The notes beneath the pieces were generated by a model that was not told the DNA's origin, did not search any database, and worked only from the letters and a program-made list of their open reading frames with translations. DNA of 64,000 nt from assembly GCA_902543575.1 (NCBI GenBank), contig CACBYV010000004.1:47558-111557 (forward strand). The letters are read 5' to 3'. Source of the stretch: an uncultured Pelagibacteraceae bacterium (GTDB taxonomy: Bacteria; Pseudomonadota; Alphaproteobacteria; Pelagibacterales; Pelagibacteraceae). A program made the translations under genes and the position numbers. Positions 26,991 to 38,072 of this stretch are shown here, piece after piece (within the stretch, counting starts at the first letter, position 1; every line of letters begins with the position of its first letter).

Positions 26991-27894
26991 TAGCTAGGTA
27001 TTTATAAATTTGATTTAATGATTTTTTGTTTTCATCAAGTAAGAAAATTCTTCCTTGATGTTTTACTGTTAGATTTATCTTATTTTGATGAAAATATTGA
27101 ATAATATAAACAGAATAACTAAGCAGTAATTCGAAAGCTAATTCGTTGTATTTGTCTAAATCTAAAATTAATTTCTGAGTTTTTTCTTTATCTTTAAATA
27201 TTTTAATATATTTTTTATCTATTGTTGATTTTTTCCAAGCTATTTTAGAATAACTATCTCCATTTTTAAATTCATCTATTCCATCAAATTCATCGGCATC
27301 AATTGATTTATGAATATTAAATTCATTTAAAAGTTCTTGGTTGGGCTTTATACTTTGTGGATAAACAATTATATCACAGTTGGGGTTATGATTTACTTTT
27401 GTTTTTATTACACCAAATGGATAAATTGAATTTAGAGTGATTGTATCCAATAAATATAGACCTCTCAATTTTTTATTATAATTTAATTTTAAATTATTAA
27501 TTTTTTGAGAGAAATTATAGTTTCCTATGTTTTGTTTTTGATAATTTATATTTATATTAAGTTTTTTTTCTTTTGATAAATTTTCCATTACAAAAGTTAA
27601 TTTATTATTTTTATTGGCCTCAACATAATATTCATTTAAAGAACTTATCTTTAAATTATTAATATTTTGATGCGATATAAGTATGGATATAAAAAAAATA
27701 AAAAAAATAATAATTGATAAAAGTAATCCTGAGTTATTTTCATAAAATACTGAAATCAAAAAACAAAAAAAAACAAAAAATGAAAGGCCAATGCCATTCA
27801 AATTTGGATAGATATATATTTTTGAATTGTTTTTTAATTTGAAGAAATTTTTAAAATTTATTTGATTGAATCTATTTAGAGACTGAATTGACAT
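26977..27894 (-). CDS. DUF58 family protein (vWA-like partner of MoxR)
   Basis: 305 aa. N-terminal TM hairpin. Motif DADEFDGIDEFKNGDSYSKIAWKKS matches the DUF58 G-x-F-x-x-[LI]-R-x-Y-x-x-GD-x-x-x-I-x-WK pattern. Lies between moxR and the TGase gene. Confidence 0.72.
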   Translation of the reverse strand: MSIQSLNRFNQINFKNFFKLKNNSKIYIYPNLNGIGLSFFVFFCFLISVFYENNSGLLLSIIIFFIFFISILISHQNINNLKISSLNEYYVEANKNNKLTFVMENLSKEKKLNININYQKQNIGNYNFSQKINNLKLNYNKKLRGLYLLDTITLNSIYPFGVIKTKVNHNPNCDIIVYPQSIKPNQELLNEFNIHKSIDADEFDGIDEFKNGDSYSKIAWKKSTIDKKYIKIFKDKEKTQKLILDLDKYNELAFELLLSYSVYIIQYFHQNKINLTVKHQGRIFLLDENKKSLNQIYKYLANAKN

Positions 27895-28772
27895 TAACTG
27901 ATATCAATTTTATCAAGGATCTCTTTATTCACGAATTCTATTTTTTCCTCTTGATTTAAAAACCTTATTCTATGCCTTAAAATATAAGGAATTGTATCTT
28001 TGATATCCTGGTGAGTTACATAATCTTTATTATTAATAATTGCCCAACCCCTAGCCAAATCAATTATTTGTTTTAAACATCTGGCAGAAACATAAATTTT
28101 TTGATCAAGACTTTGAATTCTTTGCTCTACACTTACAACATATTTATAAATCTCATCTTTAACAGTTATTATATTTTTTCTTTCTTTAATTTTTTGCCAA
28201 TCTATATTTTCAGATTTTTGTTGATCAAAATTAATTTCTTTCTTTAACATCTCTATTTTGTCGTCATCATTTAAATCTGATAAAGAATAGGAAATCATAA
28301 ATCTATCTAGTTGAGAATCTGGAAGAGAACTTGTTCCAGATGAGTCCATAGGATTTTGTGTGGCAATTACAAAAAAGGGCTCTGGAAGAGAGTGACTTAT
28401 TCCATCAATTGAAACTTTTTTTTCTTCCATTGCTTCAAGAAAAGCACTTTGAGATTTTGGACTACCTCTATTTAATTCATCTGCCAGAACAATATTTGTA
28501 AAAATTGGACCTTTCTGGAAATTCAATTTACCATCTAAAAAAATATTAAATCCAAGTATATCACTTGGTAAAAGATCTGAAGTAAACTGAACTCTTTTAA
28601 AATTTAGACCTAAACTTTGTGTAATAGCTTTAGCAAATGTTGTCTTGCCTGATCCTGGATAATCTTCTATCAATATACTTCCTTCAGAAACGATTGCTGC
28701 CAATGTCAATTTAATTTTCTCAGAATTGCCAACGACTATTTTAGAAGTATTACTTATTATTTTTTCAAACAT
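27894..28772 (-). CDS. MoxR-family AAA+ ATPase
   Basis: 292 aa. Walker A YPGSGKTTFAKA, Walker B/sensor IVLADELNRGSPKSQSAFLEAMEE, FFVIATQNP. Confidence 0.85.
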   Translation of the reverse strand: MFEKIISNTSKIVVGNSEKIKLTLAAIVSEGSILIEDYPGSGKTTFAKAITQSLGLNFKRVQFTSDLLPSDILGFNIFLDGKLNFQKGPIFTNIVLADELNRGSPKSQSAFLEAMEEKKVSIDGISHSLPEPFFVIATQNPMDSSGTSSLPDSQLDRFMISYSLSDLNDDDKIEMLKKEINFDQQKSENIDWQKIKERKNIITVKDEIYKYVVSVEQRIQSLDQKIYVSARCLKQIIDLARGWAIINNKDYVTHQDIKDTIPYILRHRIRFLNQEEKIEFVNKEILDKIDIS

Positions 28773-28784
28773 AAATTTAAATGA

Positions 28785-29549
28785 TTAATAAAAAATTATT
28801 GATCTAATATTACTTTCAAATATCAAATATATCAATGTTCCAAGAATAATATAAGGACCAAATGGAATTTGAGAAGAAAATTTTTTTGATTTATTTATCA
28901 AACTTGGCGCAACAGACAATAATGCAATTATTGATGATAGAAAAATCACAAAAGGTATTGAAAACCATCCAAACCAAAATCCAATAGCAGATAATAATTT
29001 AGCGTCTCCTAATCCCATGCCTTCTTTTTTTCTTATTTGTTTATAAAAAAAAATTATAGACCAGATAATTCCATATCCAAATATTCCGCCAATCAAGGAA
29101 TTTATATAATTAGGAAACATAGGATGCAAACTTGGTAAAAAAGATTTTATAAAACCTAGAGACATCATGGAAAAAGTTAAAACGTTTGGAATAATATAAT
29201 GTTTAAAATCGATAAAAAAAATTATTAAAAAACTTAAACTTAAAATTAATAAAAGTAGTGTTGTGATACTTAAACCATAAAGAATGTAAATAATTAAAAA
29301 TAGTAAAACACTCATCGCCTCTACTAATAAGTATTGCGAAGAAATTTTTTTGTTACAATTTCTACACCTACCCCTCAAGAATAAAAAAGAAATAATTGGA
29401 ATATTGTCCTTCCAGGTTATTAATTTATTACACTTTGGACAAAATGATCTTCCAGACACAACTCCTTTTTCTAAAGGTAAACGGTGAATGCAAACATTAG
29501 CAAAACTTCCCCAAAGTGCTCCTAGAACAAGTACAAATATGAAATCCAC
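28785..29549 (-). CDS. pilD: prepilin peptidase / N-methyltransferase PilD (A24 family)
   Basis: 254 aa polytopic protein. Cys motifs CPKC...CRNC, catalytic-Asp motif GMGLGDAKLL. Confidence 0.9.
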   Translation of the reverse strand: MDFIFVLVLGALWGSFANVCIHRLPLEKGVVSGRSFCPKCNKLITWKDNIPIISFLFLRGRCRNCNKKISSQYLLVEAMSVLLFLIIYILYGLSITTLLLLILSLSFLIIFFIDFKHYIIPNVLTFSMMSLGFIKSFLPSLHPMFPNYINSLIGGIFGYGIIWSIIFFYKQIRKKEGMGLGDAKLLSAIGFWFGWFSIPFVIFLSSIIALLSVAPSLINKSKKFSSQIPFGPYIILGTLIYLIFESNIRSIIFY

Positions 29550-29717
29550 AGAATATGATTATAATTTAATGTTTGATGTAATATGAATTAATCCGTCAAT
29601 TACATACTGCACCATTAAGACTGCATCCTGAAGATGGATGTATAAATTAGGTGTATTAATTATAATCTCCATTGTTGAAAAATTTACCAAAAATTGCTTA
29701 AAATACTAGTTAAATAA

Positions 29718-31007
29718 ATGTTTCTATTTAAATCAAAAAAACCGATCGAACCTAAAAAAGAAGCTGAACAAGTTAACGTTGATTTAGAGCTTGTCACAAA
29801 AATGAATCAAGACTTTGCTTTATCTCTTGATTTAAATGACACTCTTATGAATGCATTGCGGGTAATTATTGCAAGACTGAATGCAGAAGCTGCAAACATT
29901 TTTTTAATAAATGAGCAAAAGAAAAAATTTGAATGTATTGCATCACTTCATCAAGATTATTTGGATGAATATGAATTAGATCTAAAAGACGGTGTTATGG
30001 GTAAAGCTGTTCAGCAAAGAAAGTGTATTCGTGTAGGAAACGTTAGAAAAGATGTAAGAGAAATCGCAGAATTTTATTTTGACTTAGATAATAAAACAAA
30101 CTTTACAACATATTCAGTTTTGTGTTCGCCTTTGATTGCTGCAAATGAGTGTATTGGAGTTATTCATTGTTTAAATAAGAAAACTCAAGATAAACTATTT
30201 ATAGAAGATGATAGAAAACTTTTAGAAACGCTTTCTGCTCCTGCTGCACTAGCAATTAGAAATGCAAAAATGGCAAAAGAAATGGTTGAAAAAAATAAAA
30301 TTCAAAAAGAAGTAGAAATTGTAGGAGAGATTCAAAGATCTTTATTGTCTAAAAACAAAGAGAAAGACTTTCCTATTTCAGGTATCAATATTCCTGCCAA
30401 AGTTGTCTCTGGTGACTTTTATAATTTTTCAGATTTAGGAGATGGAAAATATGGATTTGGGGTTGCTGATGTATCGGGAAAAGGTATTAAGTCATCTTTG
30501 TTGATGTCAAAAGCATCCAGTCTTTATAGATGCTTAAGTAAAACTAATCTTTCAGCATCAGATTTATTATTTCAGCTAAATAATGAAATATGTGAAACTA
30601 TTTCAAGAGGTATGTTTGTTACGATGCTAATTGGAATATACGACTCAAATAAAAAAGAGCTACTTCTCTCAAGTGCAGGTCATGAACCTCCGTTGATACT
30701 TTCTTCTGATGGTACTTTCAGTAATTTTTCAGAAGCAGGCCCACCATTAGGCATCATGCCTAAAACGAAATATCCTGAGCACACCATTCCTTTTGAAAAA
30801 AGCTCAATGTATATTTTTACAGATGGAATTACTGAGATAAAAAATCCAAGCGGAGAAATGTTAGGATCTGAAGGATTTGAAAATTATATAAAAAAATATC
30901 AATCAACTCCAATTAATGAAAGACTTAAAACTATGATAGATGATATTTTGGGAGCTGGCCACTTACAAAAAGATGATTTAACAATAGTTGCTATAGATGG
31001 AAAATAA
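29718..31007 (+). CDS. GAF domain + PP2C/SpoIIE serine phosphatase
   Basis: 429 aa. N-terminal about 30-190 is GAF-like (ANIFLINE..., CSPLIAANECIGVIHCLNK). The C-terminus has SGDFYNFS, VADVSGKGIKSS, GMFVTMLIG, FTDGITE, DDLTIVAIDG. Confidence 0.85.
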   Translation: MFLFKSKKPIEPKKEAEQVNVDLELVTKMNQDFALSLDLNDTLMNALRVIIARLNAEAANIFLINEQKKKFECIASLHQDYLDEYELDLKDGVMGKAVQQRKCIRVGNVRKDVREIAEFYFDLDNKTNFTTYSVLCSPLIAANECIGVIHCLNKKTQDKLFIEDDRKLLETLSAPAALAIRNAKMAKEMVEKNKIQKEVEIVGEIQRSLLSKNKEKDFPISGINIPAKVVSGDFYNFSDLGDGKYGFGVADVSGKGIKSSLLMSKASSLYRCLSKTNLSASDLLFQLNNEICETISRGMFVTMLIGIYDSNKKELLLSSAGHEPPLILSSDGTFSNFSEAGPPLGIMPKTKYPEHTIPFEKSSMYIFTDGITEIKNPSGEMLGSEGFENYIKKYQSTPINERLKTMIDDILGAGHLQKDDLTIVAIDGK

Positions 31008-32138
31008 CTAATAGACTGATATCTGTTCCTGATTATAAATTTTACAACTCATAACAATACTCAACCCCAACATAATAGATAATAAAGATGATCCACCATA
31101 AGACATTATAGGTAATGGTGCACCAACAATTGGTAACATTCCTAAAACCATTGCTATGTTAACAAATACATATAAAAAAATTGCTGTAGCAAAACCAAAA
31201 CAGTATAATTTTGCAAAGAAGCTCCTTGAGACTAGTCCAACATTTATTATTCTATAAATTAATAATATGTATAAAAATAAAAGTATAATTGAACCAAGAA
31301 ATCCAAACTCTTCTGAAAAAAGTGTAAATATAAAATCGGTATGTTTTTCAGGTAAAAATTCTAGATAGCTTTGAGTTCCTTTTAAATATCCTTTTCCAAA
31401 AAAGCCACCAGATCCAATGGCTATTTTAGATTGAATTATTTGATATCCAGCTCCTAAAGGATCTCTATCAGGGTTAAAGAAAGTTAAAATTCTAGATTTT
31501 TGATAAGGTTTTAAAATGGATATAGCAAAAGGTAATGAGACCAGTAACAATAGTCCTGAGTAAACAAAGTATTTAATATTTAATCCTGCCAGCCAGATTA
31601 TCGCAATACCACTTCCTGCAATTAAAATAGAGGTTCCTAAATCAGGTTGTTGTATTACAAGATAACAAGGAACTATTAAAAGTATAATTGGTTGAATTAA
31701 AAACTTGATGCTTTGAATATCTGAACTTTGAATTCTATGATAATATCTTGCAAAACATATTATCACTGCGATCTTCATTAATTCTGAAGGTTGTAAATTT
31801 AGAAAGTATAAGTTTATCCACCTAGTAGCTCCTGATGCTGAAATTCCAAAAAATAAAACTACGAGTAATAAAATTAGTCCTATTAAATAAAATAAATATG
31901 CATTTTTATACCAAGTTGACACCCTTACAAAAGATAAAACTAAAAATAAACTAAAAAATACAGATAATCTAATTATGTGATTTTTTGTATAAAAAGAAAA
32001 TTTTCCTCCTTCGGTAGAATAAATTGCAAATACACTGATTGATCCGATAGCTAAAATTAATAAAATTAATAAATAATCTATTGATTTTAATTTGTCCAAA
32101 AAACTATAATTGCTTGCTGGTATTCTTTCTCTTAACAT
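31008..32138 (-). CDS. rodA: rod-shape peptidoglycan glycosyltransferase RodA (SEDS family)
   Basis: 376 aa polytopic FtsW/RodA/SpoVE-like protein (PEKHTDFIF, SYGGSS motifs) directly downstream of PBP2. Confidence 0.9.
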   Translation of the reverse strand: MLRERIPASNYSFLDKLKSIDYLLILLILAIGSISVFAIYSTEGGKFSFYTKNHIIRLSVFFSLFLVLSFVRVSTWYKNAYLFYLIGLILLLVVLFFGISASGATRWINLYFLNLQPSELMKIAVIICFARYYHRIQSSDIQSIKFLIQPIILLIVPCYLVIQQPDLGTSILIAGSGIAIIWLAGLNIKYFVYSGLLLLVSLPFAISILKPYQKSRILTFFNPDRDPLGAGYQIIQSKIAIGSGGFFGKGYLKGTQSYLEFLPEKHTDFIFTLFSEEFGFLGSIILLFLYILLIYRIINVGLVSRSFFAKLYCFGFATAIFLYVFVNIAMVLGMLPIVGAPLPIMSYGGSSLLSIMLGLSIVMSCKIYNQEQISVY

Positions 32139-34087
32139 TATGCTAAACTAGTATTTCCATTATTAAATTGTTCTCGTAATTTGTGTCTATCTATAATTCT
32201 TTTAATTAATTTACTCGCAAGCGGAGCTGCAGCTTTACTCCCAGATCCCCCATGTTCAATAATAACACTTATTGCATATCGTGGATCCTTATAAGGTGCA
32301 AAAGCAACGTATAATGCATGATCTCTTTTTTTGTAATCAATTTGTTCGGTATCTAAATCTAATTCTCTATCAAGATCAGTGATTCTTCTGACCTGTGACG
32401 TTCCAGTTTTTCCTGCAAATTGATACTTGGGATCATCATAACGAGATTTATATGAAGTTCCATATTGTTCATTTGTAGAACCAAACATTGCATCTAAAAC
32501 AAAATTAATATTAGACTTTTTGTGATACATTCTCTGATAATATTCAACATTTATATCATCTAAGTAATTTCTCTCATGCAAAGGGAAACTAGATTGATCT
32601 ATTTTAATTTTATTTATTACGTCCTTATAATTTATAGAGTCATCTTTTATGATATGGGGTTTTATTTTATATCCTCCATTTGCAATTTGTGCCGTCATTA
32701 AACAAAGCTGAAGTGGCGTAGTCTGAATATAACCTTGTCCTATTCCATTAATTACTGTTTCTCCCAAATACCAACTTTGCTCCAATGTACGTCTTTTCCA
32801 TTTAGTATCAGGAACCAATCCATTCTTTTCATCATTATAAAGATCTCCAAGTACATTGGTTCCAAGTCCATATCTTTTTGCAATTATAGATAATTTATCT
32901 ACACCAAGTAATCTTGCCATTTCATAAAAGTATATATCGCAAGATTGTTTGATGGCATTTCTCAACTTCATGTACCCATGACCTTCTTTTTTCCAACAAT
33001 GATATTTTACTCCGTATAGTTCATATGGATGCTTATGACCCTTGCATCTTATTGTTTTATTAGGATCTAGTATTCCATACTCAAGAGCTGCAAGGGCAAC
33101 TAATGGCTTAAAAGTTGATCCAGGAGAATAAAGTCCTGCAATAGACTTATTTATCAAAGGTTTTAAAGGATTATTTCTGATTTCTTGCCAATCTTTTTGA
33201 TTAATTCCATGCGTAAATTTGTTTGGATCGTATGTTGGTGATGATGCCATTGCAACAACTTCTCCAGTAAATATGTCCATTGCACATATTGAACCTGCTT
33301 TTCCTTTTAACAACTCTTGGGCATATTTTTGAATTTCTATATCTATTGTTAAGTTTACTTTATTACCCTGCCTTTCTTTGATGTAGTCTATTTGGCTTAT
33401 TCTTTTTCCAGATGCATTAACTTCGTATCTTTTTATACCGTAGTTACCTATTAACATTTTTTCTTGTGAACTTTCTATTCCATATTTTCCTACTTTTAGA
33501 CCTGGAACAAAATTTTCTTTTATCTCAGGTTTTTCAAGATCTTTTGGACTAGCATCACCAACATAACCAACTATATGTACCAAATCATTTGCGTAAGGAT
33601 AAAATCTAGATGTTGATAGTACAGGTTTTGCACCTTCCAATTCGTGTAAATATAAGTTAATTTTTGAGAATTGTTCCCAAGTTAAATTATCTGAAACTAC
33701 TAGTGTATCCCAAGGTTTTAATCTTTCTTTTTTTTTATATAATTTTTGAACTTGAAACTTATCTAATCCAATAATATTTTTGATTTTAAATATTGTTACA
33801 TCAAAATCATTTATTTCATCTAATATTAAGTGTAATTGAAACACTCTATCGTTACTCGCTAAAACTTTATTAAAGTTATCTACAATTATCCCTCGCTGTG
33901 GAGGAGTTTTCCATTCACGGATCCTATTTTTATCAGATAAAATTTCATATTTTTCTCTATCAGAAATTTGTAAATTGTATAATCTTGAAGATATACCAGC
34001 AAAAAGTAATATTTTTGCTGCAGCTAATATAAACATCCTCCTTGTTATAACTCTACCTTTTTCTATGTTTCTTCCTCTATTCAGCAT
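32138..34087 (-). CDS. mrdA: penicillin-binding protein 2 (elongasome transpeptidase)
   Basis: 649 aa. N-terminal anchor, SxxK (PGSTFKP), KTG (GKTGTSQ). Located between mreD and rodA. Confidence 0.9.
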   Translation of the reverse strand: MLNRGRNIEKGRVITRRMFILAAAKILLFAGISSRLYNLQISDREKYEILSDKNRIREWKTPPQRGIIVDNFNKVLASNDRVFQLHLILDEINDFDVTIFKIKNIIGLDKFQVQKLYKKKERLKPWDTLVVSDNLTWEQFSKINLYLHELEGAKPVLSTSRFYPYANDLVHIVGYVGDASPKDLEKPEIKENFVPGLKVGKYGIESSQEKMLIGNYGIKRYEVNASGKRISQIDYIKERQGNKVNLTIDIEIQKYAQELLKGKAGSICAMDIFTGEVVAMASSPTYDPNKFTHGINQKDWQEIRNNPLKPLINKSIAGLYSPGSTFKPLVALAALEYGILDPNKTIRCKGHKHPYELYGVKYHCWKKEGHGYMKLRNAIKQSCDIYFYEMARLLGVDKLSIIAKRYGLGTNVLGDLYNDEKNGLVPDTKWKRRTLEQSWYLGETVINGIGQGYIQTTPLQLCLMTAQIANGGYKIKPHIIKDDSINYKDVINKIKIDQSSFPLHERNYLDDINVEYYQRMYHKKSNINFVLDAMFGSTNEQYGTSYKSRYDDPKYQFAGKTGTSQVRRITDLDRELDLDTEQIDYKKRDHALYVAFAPYKDPRYAISVIIEHGGSGSKAAAPLASKLIKRIIDRHKLREQFNNGNTSLA

Positions 34088-34598
34088 GTTCTTGTTTTAA
34101 ACCTAGTAAATAAATTTGATTAAATATTTTTGCTACTGCTGGATAAATTAAAAATGAAAAAAAGGCTGTTGACATTAAAGTCCCATAACTAATATTTTTG
34201 TCAAAGAAAATTGCTAATACTGTAAAATGAATTGAGCTTACAATTAATATTGCAATAAAAAATAATATCCAATCGTAAATTAAATTAGGAACTAAAGTCC
34301 TTGTCCTAAAAAAAGAAGCAATAACACATAGTAAAAGATAATTTATTGATGAAACACCTATTGGTAAGTTTTGTACAACGTCGTTAATTACTCCTGCGAA
34401 AAAAATAAGCCCATAACCTAGCATCTCAGGTTTTCTCAACACCCAATAAAAAACAATTAAGTGAACAAAATTGAAAGATATATTTATTTTAAATACGTTA
34501 AACGAGAATGAGTAACCTGTTAGAGCAAAGAAAAATAATAAAATAATTGGAAAACTATTTAGTAAAAATTGATAAAATTTTATATCTCCTCTGGCCAT
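34077..34598 (-). CDS. mreD: rod shape-determining protein MreD
   Basis: 173 aa, about 5 TM helices, positioned after mreC. Confidence 0.7.
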   Translation of the reverse strand: MARGDIKFYQFLLNSFPIILLFFFALTGYSFSFNVFKINISFNFVHLIVFYWVLRKPEMLGYGLIFFAGVINDVVQNLPIGVSSINYLLLCVIASFFRTRTLVPNLIYDWILFFIAILIVSSIHFTVLAIFFDKNISYGTLMSTAFFSFLIYPAVAKIFNQIYLLGLKQEHAE

Positions 34599-35435
34599 TT
34601 ACTTATTTACCTGCACATAATTAAGTTGATTTAAGTTACTAAAAAACTTTACATACTTTTTATTATCCTGAATTATTATTTTTCCAACAGGAATTGATGC
34701 AGGAATTGTACCATCTGAACCTGAGGTATATACAATTTCATTCTCTTTTATTTCATTATCTTTCGGTAGGTATTCTAGCTCTGCATATTCATCATTCCCA
34801 TTTCCTGAGAGTATTGCATTGATGCCGCTTGGCTCAATAATAATTGGGATTTTGCTATTAAGATCATTAGCGAGTAATACTCTAGAGCTCAAAAAGTTAA
34901 CATTTACAACCTTTCCAATGTAATATAATCGATCTTTAACAGCTGATCCTAATTTAACTCCATTTTTTTGACCTTTATTAATTATCAAAGACTTTAAATA
35001 TGGACTTTGTTTATCCAATAAAATCTTTGTTAACATATACTCTTTAGAAAAAAGATCTCTTTCCTCTATTAATTTTTTTAGCAGAGCATTTTCTGATTTG
35101 TAAAAATCAACTTCTTTTCTGAGTGAATCAAGATCAAGGTTCTTATCTCTTAAAACTGAAAATTCTTCATACATACTCATATGATCTTGGAACAAATAAT
35201 ATTTGTCTTTAACATATTTAAAGGGACTTGATACTACATATGAGCCTCTAAATATTATATCTTTTGTGATTGACCTAAATTGATTAACGGGTCCAGTTTT
35301 AAAATACTCTAATGATAAAACTAGAATAGATATGATTAGAAGAGTAAATAATGAAAATTTTTGTCTGTTTCCTTTTTTTAGAAATGCTGAACGAATAGCA
35401 ATAATAAAATCATCTCTACTCGTTTCTGTTGACAT
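34599..35435 (-). CDS. mreC: rod shape-determining protein MreC
   Basis: 278 aa. N-terminal TM, coiled coil (ENALLKKLIEE), C-terminal beta domain. Positioned after mreB. Confidence 0.8.
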   Translation of the reverse strand: MSTETSRDDFIIAIRSAFLKKGNRQKFSLFTLLIISILVLSLEYFKTGPVNQFRSITKDIIFRGSYVVSSPFKYVKDKYYLFQDHMSMYEEFSVLRDKNLDLDSLRKEVDFYKSENALLKKLIEERDLFSKEYMLTKILLDKQSPYLKSLIINKGQKNGVKLGSAVKDRLYYIGKVVNVNFLSSRVLLANDLNSKIPIIIEPSGINAILSGNGNDEYAELEYLPKDNEIKENEIVYTSGSDGTIPASIPVGKIIIQDNKKYVKFFSNLNQLNYVQVNK

Positions 35436-35440
35436 AATAT

Positions 35441-36472
<1,032 letters not shown>

Positions 36473-36476
36473 TTAA

Positions 36477-38072
36477 CTATATTCCTTTCACTTTTTGATG
36501 TTTAATATTTTGAGAAGGTGCTTTTTTCTCACGTTTTATAAGCATTTTATTCAATGCATTTAAATATGCATTTGCTGATGCTACTAAAGTATCTGTGTCA
36601 GCTGATTGACCTACTGTGGTCCTATCATTTTCTTCAATTTTTACACTAACAGTTGCTTGAGCATCCGTACCTTCTGTTACTGCATGTACTTGATAAAGAG
36701 ATAATTTTACATCATGAGGAAATAATTTTTTTATACATTTAAATATTGCATCAACAGGTCCATCTCCTGTTTCTGTGGTATTTTTAATTTCGCCATATAC
36801 ATCCAATGTCATTTCAGCTTTTTGTGGTTCTCCTGTACCAGCAAATACTTTTAAAGATTTTAAATTAATCGCATTTATTTTATTATCTACAATTAAACTA
36901 TCATCAACTAACGCTACTATATCTTCATCATATATATGTTTCTTTTTATCCGCTAAAACTTTAAATTTTCCAAAAGCAGCTTGAATAATATCGTCTGTAA
37001 GATCTGAATAACCTAAGTCTGATAATTTATCCTTAAAAGCATGTCTTCCTGAATGTTTTCCCATAACAAGCGAGGTTTTTTTAACACCTACGCTCTCTGG
37101 TGTCATAATTTCATAAGTTTCTCTATTTTTTAGCATTCCATCTTGATGAATTCCCGACTCATGTGCAAAAGCGTTTTTCCCAACTATTGCTTTATTAAAT
37201 TGAACTGGAAAACCAGTAGCATTTGAAACTATTTTAGAGGCTTTGCTAATTAATTCTGTTTTAATACCTGTATTATATGGCATCAAATCATTTCTTGTTT
37301 TAATTGCCATAACTACTTCTTCTAATGCAGCATTTCCTGCTCTTTCACCTATTCCATTAATTGTACATTCTATTTGTCTTACACCTTCTGAGACTCCAGC
37401 TAATGCATTTGCTACTGCTAAGCCAAGATCATTGTGACAGTGTGCAGATAATATTGCTTTATCTATATTTGGAACTTTATTTTTTAAGTGTTTAATTGTT
37501 TTTGCAAATTCCTCAGGGATAGAATAGCCAACTGTATCTGGAATATTAATTGTTTTAGCCCCACATTTAATTGCAAGTTCAACAGTTTTACACATAAAAT
37601 CCATATCTGTCCTTGTTCCATCCTCGCAGGACCATTCAACATCATCAGTAAAGTTTCTTGCATATGTTACACTTTCTTTTATTGCATCTAGAACCTGATC
37701 ATTTGTCATTTCAAGTTTGTGTTTCATATGTAAAGGACTTGTAGAAATAAAAGTATGAATTCTAAATCTTGGAGCATGTTTCAACGACTCATGGCATGCA
37801 TCAATATCTTTTTTTAGTGCTCTAGAAAGACCACATGGAATTGAGTTTTTCATTATTTTACTTATTTCAGAAACTGCTTCAAAATCTCCTGGTGATGCTA
37901 TTGGAAAACCCGCTTCAACAATGTCTATTCCCATTTCATCAAAAACTCTAGATATCTGAATTTTCTCCTCGACACTCATAGATGCGCCTGGCGATTGCTC
38001 ACCATCTCGCATGGTCGTATCAAATATGTATAATTTTTCTTTATCTGACATTGTATTTTTTAGCCCGAGCAT
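36477..38072 (-). CDS. leuA: 2-isopropylmalate synthase
   Basis: 531 aa. IFDTTMRDGEQSPG, HCHNDLGLAVANA, C-terminal LeuA regulatory domain. An alternative ATG at 38051 gives MSDKEKLYIFDTT. Confidence 0.93.
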   Translation of the reverse strand: MLGLKNTMSDKEKLYIFDTTMRDGEQSPGASMSVEEKIQISRVFDEMGIDIVEAGFPIASPGDFEAVSEISKIMKNSIPCGLSRALKKDIDACHESLKHAPRFRIHTFISTSPLHMKHKLEMTNDQVLDAIKESVTYARNFTDDVEWSCEDGTRTDMDFMCKTVELAIKCGAKTINIPDTVGYSIPEEFAKTIKHLKNKVPNIDKAILSAHCHNDLGLAVANALAGVSEGVRQIECTINGIGERAGNAALEEVVMAIKTRNDLMPYNTGIKTELISKASKIVSNATGFPVQFNKAIVGKNAFAHESGIHQDGMLKNRETYEIMTPESVGVKKTSLVMGKHSGRHAFKDKLSDLGYSDLTDDIIQAAFGKFKVLADKKKHIYDEDIVALVDDSLIVDNKINAINLKSLKVFAGTGEPQKAEMTLDVYGEIKNTTETGDGPVDAIFKCIKKLFPHDVKLSLYQVHAVTEGTDAQATVSVKIEENDRTTVGQSADTDTLVASANAYLNALNKMLIKREKKAPSQNIKHQKVKGI

